From: a candidate division WWE3 bacterium
GTDB taxonomy: Bacteria; Patescibacteriota; WWE3; UBA101185; UBA10185
Direction of reading: 5' to 3'
Assembly: GCA_014729135.1 (NCBI GenBank)
Contig: WJKK01000001.1
Location: 260,588-324,587, forward strand
Length of the DNA: 64,000 nt
The position numbers and the translations under genes were made by a program. Of the stretch, positions 10,723 through 20,237 are shown in pieces. Under the pieces are notes generated by a model that saw nothing but the letters and a program-made list of their open reading frames with translations, was not told the DNA's origin and ran no database searches. Positions within the stretch are counted from its first letter, which is position 1. Each line of letters starts with the position of its first letter.

Positions 10723-10852
10723 ACTTCTCTCAAGTTTCAAGGCAGGTGCTTTTAAGGTGCTTGCCAAAACAATCTGCCTAAAAACCTGCTCCAAAAAAGA
10801 AAACAAATTAAAGAGTAGCTAGTTAATTATCAGAAAAGAAAGGAAGATAGAA

Positions 10853-12523
10853 ATGGCATCAAAAAACATAATTTATGACGACAAGGCTCGTCAAAAACTT
10901 AAGACAGGAATTGACAAGTTGGCTAAGGCTGTAGTAACAACCTTAGGCCCTAAAGGTCGAAATGTAGGAATAGAAAAAAATTGGGGAGCTCCACAGGTTG
11001 TGCACGACGGAGTTACCGTAGCAAAGGAAGTAGAGCTGGCGGATCCGTTTGAGAACATGGGCGCTCAGCTTGTAAAAGAAGCTGCTACAAAAACCAACGA
11101 CATAGCAGGAGACGGAACTACAACCGCCACCTTGCTAACTCAGTCCATTGTAGATGAAGGGTTGCGCAACATTTCAGCGGGGGCTAACCCTATGATTTTG
11201 CGTCGCGGTTTAGAAGAAGCTTCTAAAAAAGTAGTGGCTCGCATTCAAGAGCTTTCCACAGAGATTTCCACTAAGGAAGAGCGTGCTCAGGTAGCTACAA
11301 TTTCCGCTCAAAGCGAAGAAATCGGTGAAATTATTGCAGAGGCTATGGAAAAAGTAGGCGATGACGGCGTCTTGACCGTTGGAGAATCCCGCGGTTTAGA
11401 GATGGAGCTTGAATACAAGGAAGGTATGCAGTTTGATAAAGGCTATGCTTCCCCTTATTTTGTAACCGACTCCGAAAAAATGATTGCCGAAATTGAAGAC
11501 CCTTACATTTTAGTGACCGACCTTAAAGTGACAAGCATTCAAGAGCTTTTACCTATGCTTGAAAACTTGGTTAAGGTTTCTAAGAATTTGGTGATTTTAG
11601 CGGAAGGAATTGAAGGAGAAGCTTTGGCAACTTTAGTGGTTAACAATTTGCGGGGTACTTTTAATGCCTTAGCTATAGAGGCTCCCGGATTTGGTGACCG
11701 CCGTAAGGCAACCTTGGAAGATATAGCGATTTTAACAGGGGCAACTATGATAAGCGAAGACACAGGTCGAGATTTGGCTTCTGTGACAGTGGATGATCTA
11801 GGGCGCGCCGAAAAGGTGCTTTCCACTAAGGACGACTCCACGATAGTTGGTGGCCAGGGTGACAAGGAAAAGATTGAAGCTCGTGTGGCGCAGCTTAAGG
11901 CGCAAATTGAGCAGTCTGATTCTGACTATGATCAGGAGAAGCTAAAGGAGCGTATGGCTAAGCTTTCGGGAGGTGTGGCAGTGCTTAATGTGGGTGCTGC
12001 AACTGAAACTGAGTTGAAGGAGAAGAAGTTGCGTGTTGAGGATGCTGTTAATGCTACAAAGGCTGCTGTTGAGGAGGGAATTGTTCCCGGTGGAGGAGTG
12101 GCTTTGTTTAGAGCACGAGAAGCTATTCGTGATTTGAAGTTGGAAGGTGACGCTGCTACAGGTGCTAATATTTTGTTGGCAGCTTTGGATCGGCCAATTC
12201 GTCGTTTAATTGAAAATGCCGGTAGAGATGCCGGAGAGGTTGTGGCCGGTATGGAGCAGTTTGCTGAGAGTTCTGACTACAAAGGGAAGAAGGAAAATGT
12301 TGGATTTAACGTGATGACGCTGGAGTATGGCGACATGATTAAGGAGGGAATTATTGATCCGGCTAAGGTTACGCGAACGGCTTTGCAGAATGCAGTTTCC
12401 GTTGCCAACATGGTTCTAACTACTGATTGCTTGATAGCGGAGGAGCCTGAGAAGGATGAGGGTGGTCCCGCTGCAGGGGCCGGTGGTATGGGTGGAATGG
12501 GCGGTATGCCGGGAATGATGTAG
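10853..12523 (+). CDS. groEL: Chaperonin GroEL
   Basis: [17 protein letters not shown] and GGM tail. Confidence 0.99.
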   Translation: MASKNIIYDDKARQKLKTGIDKLAKAVVTTLGPKGRNVGIEKNWGAPQVVHDGVTVAKEVELADPFENMGAQLVKEAATKTNDIAGDGTTTATLLTQSIVDEGLRNISAGANPMILRRGLEEASKKVVARIQELSTEISTKEERAQVATISAQSEEIGEIIAEAMEKVGDDGVLTVGESRGLEMELEYKEGMQFDKGYASPYFVTDSEKMIAEIEDPYILVTDLKVTSIQELLPMLENLVKVSKNLVILAEGIEGEALATLVVNNLRGTFNALAIEAPGFGDRRKATLEDIAILTGATMISEDTGRDLASVTVDDLGRAEKVLSTKDDSTIVGGQGDKEKIEARVAQLKAQIEQSDSDYDQEKLKERMAKLSGGVAVLNVGAATETELKEKKLRVEDAVNATKAAVEEGIVPGGGVALFRAREAIRDLKLEGDAATGANILLAALDRPIRRLIENAGRDAGEVVAGMEQFAESSDYKGKKENVGFNVMTLEYGDMIKEGIIDPAKVTRTALQNAVSVANMVLTTDCLIAEEPEKDEGGPAAGAGGMGGMGGMPGMM

Positions 12524-12552
12524 TAGAGAACTTTTTATTGTGATTAAGCAGG

Positions 12553-12579
12553 AAAGCCCCTTTTTCAAGGGGCTTTTTT
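12553..12579 (+). terminator. Rho-independent terminator of groESL
   Basis: AAAGCCCCTT-tttc-AAGGGGCTTT followed by a T-run. Confidence 0.9.
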
Positions 12580-12686
12580 GTTGCTCACTGTTTCTGCTTC
12601 CTTTTAATAAAGCAAATACCTTTCTTCTATAGCACACTATACTAGTAACTTGACTTTCTACTATAGTGTAGTATAGTAGTAACCAA

Positions 12687-14147
12687 ATGACCGAAGTAAA
12701 CCTCCAAAAATACATAAGCAATCAAGTAGCGCGCGCTCCGGAAATGCTAAAAATTTATACAGAAGACACCTCCGGGGAAGCCTATTTAAAAAGGGATAAG
12801 TTCTCTTCTTTACTCAAACTTATTGAGGATTTTACCTCTAAAGAAAGCGACGTTCGTGTTATAGGCATTCCCGGATTGCGTGGAACAGGAAAAACTACTT
12901 TGCTTGCTCAACTCTATCTTCACCTTTTTCCTGACCATCCGGGGGATATGCTTTTTATTTCTGCAGATGAACTTGTGGAGGATTTAAACACAGATTTATT
13001 CACTATATTCAAGGAATATGAAAAATATTTGGGAACCCCCTTTGCTGAGCTTGATAGAGACATTTTTATCTTTATAGACGAGATTCAATTTGATCCTAAA
13101 TGGGCAAGTGCTCTTAAAATACTTTATGACCGTTCTCGTCGTGTTTTCGTTTTATGTACGGGATCTTCTGCCCTTTCTTTGCAATCAAATACAGATGCTG
13201 CACGTAGAATTCTTTTTCAAAAACTTTTTCCATTGTCATTTCCGGAATATATGCGTTTAAAGTCCAAGTATGCTTCCATAAAGGATCCTTCCCTTTCAGT
13301 AAAAGATGTTAACAGAGATCTGCGAAATTCCTTAAAAGATGCTCTGTTTTATAGTGAAAATGCTTCCATGGTTCACGAAAACCTTCTTAAAGTTAATGAT
13401 GAAGTGAAAGAATATTGGAAGGGTATTGACACGCTGGAGTTAGGTCGTTATTTACGTTTTGGTACGATGCCCTATTCCCTTAAGTCCCTGGACAATCAGC
13501 GTTTACTAAATCTTACCGATTCGCAAATAGATCGTGTAATTGAGCGTGACTTACCGGAGCTTGGAAAATTTGATACTTCTACGCTTTCTTCTGTGCGTAA
13601 TGTTTTGCTGCTTCTAGCCGGAAGTACAGAGGTTAGTATCACCAATCTTTCAAATAATTTGGCAGGGATGTCGGCTGTGACCCTGCGCAACGTTTTGGAG
13701 GCTTTAGAAAAAGCTGAATTGCTGATTCGTGTTTATCCTTATGGTTCTTCCAGTTATAAAAAAGTTCGTAAGCCGTCAAAATATCACTTTATGTCTCCTG
13801 CAATACGCCATGTTTTGCTTTCTCTGCTGGAAGGTGAGTTATCTTTTTCTAAGCACAAGGGGAATTACTTGGAGGATGCAATGGCTTTATATTTGCATCG
13901 GATTTTTAGTTCTGATCTGATTTCCCCCATTTTTTATGATAGTTCCAAAGGAGGGGCTGATTTTTTAATAAATCTTGTAGTTCGTCGTATTGTCCTTGAA
14001 GTAGGCATGGGACATAAAGGAGTTGAGCAAGTTTTGTCGACTTTGGAAAGGACTAAAAGCACTTATGGTTTGGTGGTTAGTGATTCTGATCTCTCTTTAA
14101 AGGGGGATGTTGTCAAGGTTCCTTTGGAGTTTTTCCTTTTGTTGTAG
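12687..14147 (+). CDS. AAA_14 ATPase with DUF4143 (PD-(D/E)xK-like) C-terminus
   Basis: GLRGTGKTT, FIDEIQ, TGSS, ADF and LEV motifs. Confidence 0.88.
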   Translation: MTEVNLQKYISNQVARAPEMLKIYTEDTSGEAYLKRDKFSSLLKLIEDFTSKESDVRVIGIPGLRGTGKTTLLAQLYLHLFPDHPGDMLFISADELVEDLNTDLFTIFKEYEKYLGTPFAELDRDIFIFIDEIQFDPKWASALKILYDRSRRVFVLCTGSSALSLQSNTDAARRILFQKLFPLSFPEYMRLKSKYASIKDPSLSVKDVNRDLRNSLKDALFYSENASMVHENLLKVNDEVKEYWKGIDTLELGRYLRFGTMPYSLKSLDNQRLLNLTDSQIDRVIERDLPELGKFDTSTLSSVRNVLLLLAGSTEVSITNLSNNLAGMSAVTLRNVLEALEKAELLIRVYPYGSSSYKKVRKPSKYHFMSPAIRHVLLSLLEGELSFSKHKGNYLEDAMALYLHRIFSSDLISPIFYDSSKGGADFLINLVVRRIVLEVGMGHKGVEQVLSTLERTKSTYGLVVSDSDLSLKGDVVKVPLEFFLLL

Positions 14148-14160
14148 TAAAATTTGTTGG

Positions 14161-14189
14161 TTGACAGATATGGCTTTTAGGGTTATAAT
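14161..14189 (+). promoter_or_regulatory. Consensus sigma70 promoter of the Tyr T-box leader
   Basis: TTGACA-N17-TATAAT, perfect match. Confidence 0.9.
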
Positions 14190-14215
14190 TACCCACGTTA
14201 GTTTGAAAATTAATT

Positions 14216-14536
14216 AAAAGCTTTGACGGAAGGTCATTAGTAGAATATCTTCAGTGACACCAGAGATTGTGCGGTAGCTGAAAGCACAACGTATGAAGTA
14301 GTTTGAATTACCCTTTCTGAGCTTTCCGACTGAAAAACCTTTTTTAGGTAGTAAGTTGGAACGGGCGATCCCGTTATAGATTTTGGAGTGTGTCACGAAT
14401 CGTAAAACGAAGCAACAGAGCACTTCTCAAGACTCTTATGGTGACATAAGGGTGAATTTAAGGTGGTACCGCGGTAATAAAGCCGTCCTTAGACTTTATC
14501 TATTAATTTAGATGAGGTTTGAGGACGGCTTTTTTT
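14216..14536 (+). ncRNA. T-box riboswitch, tyrosine specifier
   Basis: Stem I with AGTA, AGAGA and GCTGAAA motifs; GAA-T-TAC specifier (TAC at 14309-14311); CCGTTAT; AGGTGGTACCGCG T-box (14461-14473); terminator AGCCGTCCT...AGGACGGCT followed by a T-run. Confidence 0.93.
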
Positions 14537-14673
14537 GTTGTAAAAAAGTCTTTTAAAAGCACTTTGAAAGAAAAATACTACTGACAATGCAGGAACTATT
14601 GAGATAGTGAGAATTTTTCGCTATTTCTGCGTTTCTGTATTGTTTGTTTCACTACCTAAAAAGGAGGAGCATT

Positions 14674-14886
14674 ATGGAGATGGAGGTAAGACTAGCCCCT
14701 ATTGGTGGGGGGATCTATGTGTTGAAGTCGGTTGTGAGTGGCGATTTTGTGTGTTTGGACCATGGGGGTACTCCGAGAATCACGAGTTTTGAAAGAGCCC
14801 GGAAGGGGACGGCTCAAGAGTTGGAGGAATTGGTCCGAAACCACATAGGATTGTATCTGCAAGAGGATGAGGCGTTGGGATACTAG
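14674..14886 (+). CDS. Small hypothetical protein (70 aa)
   Basis: AGGAGG SD before ATG 14674; first ORF after the T-box terminator. Confidence 0.65.
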   Translation: MEMEVRLAPIGGGIYVLKSVVSGDFVCLDHGGTPRITSFERARKGTAQELEELVRNHIGLYLQEDEALGY

Positions 14887-14916
14887 AAAGCACGTGAAAA
14901 CCAGAGGAGATATAAG

Positions 14917-15828
14917 ATGAAAGCTTTACCTGAAAGTTTGGAGGGTTTCAACATCCTCCATGTCGTTTTGGATTCGTTGCGCTTTGACAGCGCGTCCCGG
15001 GCAGATACACCTGTGCTTGATTCCCTGGGGCCACTAATTGCCGCGCGAACTTTGGCACCCTACACTCCCGCAGCACATGCTGCTGCCTGGTTGGGCCACT
15101 TTCCGAGTGCGCCCACATCGGCGCTGCCTTACTACAATGAGACCGTACGGCAGCCCCTACGTATCACCACGGGTCCCGCCCGTGACGCGAACAAAGGCTG
15201 TGGGATGCTTTTGGATGGCGCCGATGTGCTGGATGGCCTGTGTCGAAAGGGTTATTCCACGTTAGGTTGGGGAGGTGTTTCCCAATTTAGTACAGGTAGC
15301 TGGCTTCGCCAGTTTGCCTGGGACCATTTCACTTATTTTGGAGTGGATATGGACGAGGAGCCTCTGGCACCGCGCGCACCTGAAACCTTTCCCTTGAATC
15401 TGAATCGTGTGGGCGAGATTTTGTCCACAATGTCTGATTATGGGAAGGTTCCTTGGTTCCTTTTTCTCAACGACCCCGCGCCACACTATCCCTATGATTG
15501 GGGGGAAGGTATTACCGAGGAAGTGCGGGAGGAGGCTTTTCCCTTGCTTAAGCTCAATCTGCGTTCTCACCATCTTGCCATGGAGAAGCGCGACATGCTG
15601 GCGCTTTATGCCCCTCTCCTTCAGCAGATGCAAGTAGATGGTTTGGAACGTTATATCGATCCTGGTCTTGGGGAACTTTTCAAAGGTCTTCGGCAGATCT
15701 CGGATCGCCCCGTCTTTGCAATTGTGCACGCCGATCATGGTGAGTACTTTGGTGAGGACGGACTGTATGGTCACATGCATGGAGGAATCTATGATATGAC
15801 TGTTCCTCTGTGGATTGGTGTACTCTAA
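14917..15828 (+). CDS. Alkaline-phosphatase/sulfatase-superfamily hydrolase, STM4013-like
   Basis: LDSLRFD, T.AAH, FLFLN...HYPY and ADHGEYFGEDGLYGH motifs; visibly GC-richer than flanks. Confidence 0.8.
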   Translation: MKALPESLEGFNILHVVLDSLRFDSASRADTPVLDSLGPLIAARTLAPYTPAAHAAAWLGHFPSAPTSALPYYNETVRQPLRITTGPARDANKGCGMLLDGADVLDGLCRKGYSTLGWGGVSQFSTGSWLRQFAWDHFTYFGVDMDEEPLAPRAPETFPLNLNRVGEILSTMSDYGKVPWFLFLNDPAPHYPYDWGEGITEEVREEAFPLLKLNLRSHHLAMEKRDMLALYAPLLQQMQVDGLERYIDPGLGELFKGLRQISDRPVFAIVHADHGEYFGEDGLYGHMHGGIYDMTVPLWIGVL

Positions 15829-15944
15829 AGGAGGTGAAACAACTATAGTCATCGGGCTCCTCGCTCTTGCCAAGCGTCAACTAAGCTTAGCGAGGAGCCC
15901 GGTAGAATTTTACCAGAAACGTTTTAACAAGTTAGAATATGATT

Positions 15945-16787
15945 ATGAAACTAAAAATACTAGGTATTGCCCAAGATGGGGGAGTACCGCAAATAAATTG
16001 TCAGTGTAAAAATTGTAAGACATCTCGTACTGAAGGTGTGCCTTTGTTTGCGACCTCCTTACTTGTAGAGAGAGCTAAAGGAAAAAGTACCTTAATTGAT
16101 GTTTCTCCCGATATAAAAAATCAGCTGACACCCACTGAATTTAATGGTATAGACAGTATTGTTTTAACCCATGCACATGTAGGTCACATTGGCGGGTTGC
16201 TTCAGTTTGGCTTTGAGATAGCAAATAAAAAAGGCGTTAATCTTTTTGCATCTCCGGAAATGCACTCTTTCTTACAGGATAATGAGCCTTGGAAACAGTT
16301 ATTTGAAAATGGAAATATAGTTCCGTGCAAATTTAGATTTGAAGAAACTTTTGCTCTTGAGGAGTTAAGAGTTACCCCTTTAAAAGTTCCTCATAGGGAT
16401 GAAATAGCAGATACAAGCGGTTTTATATTGGAAGGTGATTTCAAAAAAGTTTTATTTATTCCCGATATTAAGAACTGGCTTGTTTGGGAGAAAGACTTGA
16501 AAGAGGAAGTAAGTAAGTAAGTAAGTAAGGTGGATATTGCCCTTATTGATGGTACCTTTTTTAGTTTAGATGAGTTACCCGGTAGGGATGTTGCGGAAAT
16601 AGGTCATCCCTTAATTAGAGATAGTATTGAGGAATTGGAAGGCTTGTCTGATATCGGGAAAAAGAAAGTTCATTTTATACACTTTAATCACAGCAATCCT
16701 GTTTTGAGTGCCAAAGGAGAAGCGAGGAAATTTATTGCGGAGGCAGGTTTCAATTTGGCGGAGCAAGGAATGGTATTAGAAATATAA
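15945..16787 (+). pseudogene. PqqB-like metallo-beta-lactamase-fold hydrolase interrupted by an in-frame TAA
   Basis: LGIAQDGGVPQ..C.C..C, THAHVGH, VPHRDE, DGTFF and HFNHSN motifs; ORFs 15939-16520 and 16530-16787 share one frame, split inside the (AAGT)5 tract. Confidence 0.85.
16507..16526. repeat. (AAGT)5 simple sequence repeat
   Basis: aagt x5 followed by aagg. Confidence 0.95.
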
Positions 16788-16797
16788 CTAAGAGTAT

Positions 16798-16883
16798 CCG
16801 GGGATACCAAAGTGGTCAACTGGGGCGGTCTGTAAAACCGCTGGCTTTTGCCTACGCTGGTTCGAATCCAGCTCCCCGGACCA
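16798..16883 (+). tRNA. tRNA-Tyr(GTA) with C1:G72 pair and variable-arm hairpin
   Basis: Acceptor CCGGGGA/TCCCCGG plus A73 and CCA; anticodon arm GCGGT-CTGTAAA-ACCGC; variable arm GGC-TTTT-GCC; GCTGG-TTCGAAT-CCAGC T arm. Confidence 0.97.
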
Positions 16884-16893
16884 ATTTAGAACT

Positions 16894-17976
16894 ATGAAAA
16901 AAGAAGTTAAGAGAAATAAAATTCAGAGGGATTACACGCGCCAAGTGCCTAATCCGGAAGATTTTCAGAGATTTGACCTCTCCGGGGGTAATCCTTGGTT
17001 CCGCGATTTGATTGATGAATGGGTCAGGGAGCTTCCTTTAGATACCCTTATTCATTTTCCTGATAATTTTTCTCGAGTTAAAGCTTTATTAGCGGATTGG
17101 TTAGGTGTTCCTTCTGATATGTTATTCATCAATAATGGTAGCGATTCTATTATAGAGTTACTCCCTAGAGTATTTTTAAAGAGTGATGCCTCTGTAGTCG
17201 TTCCCGTGCCCACCTTCTTTAGATTTATTCAGGCCTCGGAGCGTAATTGCAACAATGTCATAAAAGTTCGTTTTGGAAATAATTTTGTTTGGACACCTGC
17301 GTTTCTTGAACGTTTTTTAACCTCTGTGAACGATCCCTCAGTAAAGCTTGCTTGGTTGGCCAGTCCTAATAACCCCACAGGACTATGTATTCCCCCAGCA
17401 ATGTTAAAAGAAGTTCTTCGTACTGGAAAGCTTGTCGTTTTAGATAGGGCTTTAAATGGATTTGCCCCCGATTTGAGGAAGGACACCTATCTATTAGAGG
17501 AATATCCCAATTTGATTATCTTATCAAGTTTCTCGAAGAATTTCGGGTTGGCGGGATTACGCTTTGGGTTTAGTTTAGCCTCTCCCTCAAATACGCAAAA
17601 ATTGAGGGAATATTCCCTGCCCTTTACCGTTTCCGGTCCTTCTCTGTGGTTTATGGAACGCTTTTTACACTGTCTTGTCCAAGGTGTTGTTTCTGGTGAG
17701 GACTCGGCATCTATCGAGTCTTCGAGGCTTGAGTTAGAGAATTCCCTGCGAACCATCCCGGGATTAGAAGTTGTTTCTGGTTCGCAGGCAAACTTTCTTA
17801 TGTTTCGTCATTCCATGGAGCCTGACTTGTTTGGTAGGTTAAAGGATAGTGGGATTTTAGTTGCTGATTTGAACAATACCTCCGGAATTGAGGGAGAGGG
17901 TTTTGTTCGAATGACCATTCGTAGTGTTTCTGAGAATAGAAAGTTTGTTGAAAAATTAAAGGAGATAGTCGGCTAA
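16894..17976 (+). CDS. PLP-dependent class I/II aminotransferase (HisC/CobD-like)
   Basis: NGSD, SPNNPTG, SFSKNFGLAGLRFG and ANF motifs. Confidence 0.9.
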   Translation: MKKEVKRNKIQRDYTRQVPNPEDFQRFDLSGGNPWFRDLIDEWVRELPLDTLIHFPDNFSRVKALLADWLGVPSDMLFINNGSDSIIELLPRVFLKSDASVVVPVPTFFRFIQASERNCNNVIKVRFGNNFVWTPAFLERFLTSVNDPSVKLAWLASPNNPTGLCIPPAMLKEVLRTGKLVVLDRALNGFAPDLRKDTYLLEEYPNLIILSSFSKNFGLAGLRFGFSLASPSNTQKLREYSLPFTVSGPSLWFMERFLHCLVQGVVSGEDSASIESSRLELENSLRTIPGLEVVSGSQANFLMFRHSMEPDLFGRLKDSGILVADLNNTSGIEGEGFVRMTIRSVSENRKFVEKLKEIVG

Positions 17977-17981
17977 GCTGT

Positions 17982-18452
17982 ATGTGGACTTTTGAAAAAA
18001 TAACCTCACTTTTGAGGAGAAGAGGTATTGCTTTTGAAGAAATTCACTTTATGGATGACGGAGCCGTTTCGGCCCGTGCTGCAGATACATCAAAAAACAA
18101 TAACTATGATCCTGACAAGGCTATCAAAACCCTAGTTGTTGTTTCGGGTGACTTCTTGTACGGTGTTGTATTGCGCGCAGATAGTCGCATCGACTCTATC
18201 AAGTTAAAAAAATTGATAGGGAAATGGAGTGTAGTTTCCCTAGATGCTTTAGAGGATTTGGGGTTTGTGCCCGGTGGAGTTAACCCTTTTGTTCTGGATT
18301 TTCCTGTCTTTGCGGATGCTGCAGTTTTGGATTTACCTTTTCTTAGCATGGGTGCCGGTAGTCGAACTAAAGGCATCAACGTTTCTGTATCTGAGTTTGA
18401 AAAAAACCTTGATTATAAAGTTATAGACATAAAGGAGAATGTAAGTACATGA
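17982..18452 (+). CDS. YbaK/EbsC aminoacyl-tRNA deacylase-family protein
   Basis: IKTLV, G..PGGV.PF and GAG motifs. Confidence 0.85.
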   Translation: MWTFEKITSLLRRRGIAFEEIHFMDDGAVSARAADTSKNNNYDPDKAIKTLVVVSGDFLYGVVLRADSRIDSIKLKKLIGKWSVVSLDALEDLGFVPGGVNPFVLDFPVFADAAVLDLPFLSMGAGSRTKGINVSVSEFEKNLDYKVIDIKENVST

Positions 18453-19582
18453 CTACAAAAGAGAAGTTTAATTTAATTGAGCGTAACACTGAAGAAGTAA
18501 TTATGCCCGAGGAGTTAAAAGGGCTTTTGGATGCAGAGGAAAAGCTTAAGCATTACATTGGTTTCGAGATTTCCGGAAAAATACATTTAGGAACTGGTCT
18601 AATGTGTATGGGTAAAGTAAAAGATTTTATGGAGGCTGGTGTTGAGTGTACGATTTTTTTGGCAGACTGGCATACTTGGATAAACGATAAGTTGGGGGGA
18701 GATATGGAGACAATCCAGGAGATTGCTGTCGGCTATTTTAAGGAGGGTTTGAAAGCCTCCTTGAAAGCCCTCGGAGGCGATCCCGAAAAACTGAATTTTG
18801 TTTTGGGAAGTGAGCTTTACCACAACAATGATGCGTATTGGGCTACCGTTATTGAAGTGTCTAAGAACATAACTTTGTCTCGGAATTTGCGCAGTATCTC
18901 TATTATGGGACGCGAGGAGGGTGAAGGAGTGGATTTTGCTAAATTGATTTATCCACCCATGCAAGTTGCGGATATTTTTGCACAAGGGATTACCTTAGCG
19001 CATGCGGGCATGGATCAGCGTAAGGCCCATGTAGTTATGCGTGACGTTGCGGACAAACTCACTATTTGTCCTGCAAGGAACTCTTTGGGGAAGAAGATCA
19101 AACCCTTAGCAGTGCATCATCCCCTTCTTCTAGGTTTACAGAAACCTCCTATGTGGCCTGTTCCAAAAGAAAAATTGCGTGATGTATGGGCTTCTGCAAA
19201 AATGAGCAAGTCCAAGCCCAAATCTGCTGTTTTTATTACGGATTCTCCTGATGAGATACGGGAAAAGATTCTGGATGCTTTTTGTCCTCAGAACAATGCG
19301 GAGTTTAACCCTGTTTTAGATTGGGTAAAGCGCCTTGTTTTTATGAGCCCTTCGACGATTTTTGAAGTGGATCGCGAAGAAAGGTTTGGGGGTAAAATTT
19401 CTTTTAGCTCTTTTGCGGAAGTAGAAGACGCTTTTGTTTCAGGAGATTTACATTCGCAGGATTTAAAAAGAGCCCTGGCCGAATTTTTGGTAGTTTTGTT
19501 GGAACCTGTTAGGGAGCACTTTGATCTTTCGGAGAATAAAAAGTTATTAGAGCGTATGAACGACTTAGCGATTACTCGTTAG
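18449..19582 (+). CDS. tyrS: Tyrosine--tRNA ligase, archaeal/eukaryote type
   Basis: YIGFEISGKIHLG, ADWH, YPPMQVADI, GMDQRKAH, KMSKS and AFCP motifs; 377 aa with no S4 domain. Confidence 0.95.
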   Translation: MTTKEKFNLIERNTEEVIMPEELKGLLDAEEKLKHYIGFEISGKIHLGTGLMCMGKVKDFMEAGVECTIFLADWHTWINDKLGGDMETIQEIAVGYFKEGLKASLKALGGDPEKLNFVLGSELYHNNDAYWATVIEVSKNITLSRNLRSISIMGREEGEGVDFAKLIYPPMQVADIFAQGITLAHAGMDQRKAHVVMRDVADKLTICPARNSLGKKIKPLAVHHPLLLGLQKPPMWPVPKEKLRDVWASAKMSKSKPKSAVFITDSPDEIREKILDAFCPQNNAEFNPVLDWVKRLVFMSPSTIFEVDREERFGGKISFSSFAEVEDAFVSGDLHSQDLKRALAEFLVVLLEPVREHFDLSENKKLLERMNDLAITR

Positions 19583-19598
19583 AATCTCTTAATGAAAC

Positions 19599-19627
19599 GA
19601 GAAACCCCGGAAAATCCGGGGTTTCTT
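19599..19627. terminator. Bidirectional terminator between tyrS and hsp20
   Basis: GAAACCCCGG-aaaat-CCGGGGTTTC hairpin between convergent genes. Confidence 0.85.
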
Positions 19628-19655
19628 TGTTTAGAGCTTTATTATTCTTAAAGCC

Positions 19656-20075
19656 CTACTTGCTCGTTTTAACCTCAATCTTCTTTCGTTTCTCCTCCTC
19701 TGCAATAGGAACCGTAATCTTTAGGAGACCTTGATTCACTTCCGCTTCTGCCTTATCAGCATTCACACCACGAGGCAAATTAACAGAGTATCGGAAAGAT
19801 CGTTGACGAGTCTCTCGGTAAACAGCTGTCTTTTCATCCCTTTCCTCCTGGGTTTCCGCCGTAGAAGCCTCAATAGTTAGAACATTTCCTTCGACAGAAA
19901 TGTCCACATCTTCCTCAGGAATTCCGGGGACTTGCGCCTCTACAACAACGTTTTCATCCGTTTCGTAGACGTCCAAACCGGAACTAGCGGGAGAGCCTCC
20001 CCAAAAGGGTTCCATCCAGTTGTCATCATCAAAAAATGAAGTGGGGAAATAAGGATTCCATTTTACAATTGCCAT
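19656..20075 (-). CDS. Small heat-shock protein Hsp20
   Basis: DVYET, PG.....DI.V.GNVLTI and F...V.LP....GLLKITVP motifs. Confidence 0.95.
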   Translation of the reverse strand: MAIVKWNPYFPTSFFDDDNWMEPFWGGSPASSGLDVYETDENVVVEAQVPGIPEEDVDISVEGNVLTIEASTAETQEERDEKTAVYRETRQRSFRYSVNLPRGVNADKAEAEVNQGLLKITVPIAEEEKRKKIEVKTSK

Positions 20076-20203
20076 GTTTTTTGCTTCACCTCCTTTTATA
20101 ACTTTGTAGATTAAAGATAAAATTTAGTGTTTAGGTTTCCGTTAAGCTTTTGTAAGAGTTGTGTAAGCCAACGGAGTTTCTTTTTTCTCTTCCTGCGCAC
20201 TTA

Positions 20204-20237
20204 TTATCAGTCTAGTACTACAAGTGCCAAGTGTCAA
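20204..20237 (-). promoter_or_regulatory. Degenerate CIRCE and sigma70 promoter for hsp20
   Basis: Minus strand TTGACA-N17-TAGACT overlapping TTGGCACTT-N9-GACTGATAA (7/9 match in each arm). Confidence 0.7.

Noticed and set aside
14214-14423. 69-aa minus-strand ORF, and the similar ORF at 43353-43616
   Set aside because: Both are antisense to T-box leaders; the RNA motifs explain the sequence.
16518-16520. In-frame TAA in the MBL gene as stop-codon recoding or an alternative genetic code
   Set aside because: It is explained by a 12-nt expansion of the AAGT repeat; TAA, TAG and TGA all terminate other genes normally in this window.
15945-16787. PQQ biosynthesis locus
   Set aside because: Only a PqqB-like fold is present; there is no pqqA, C, D or E.
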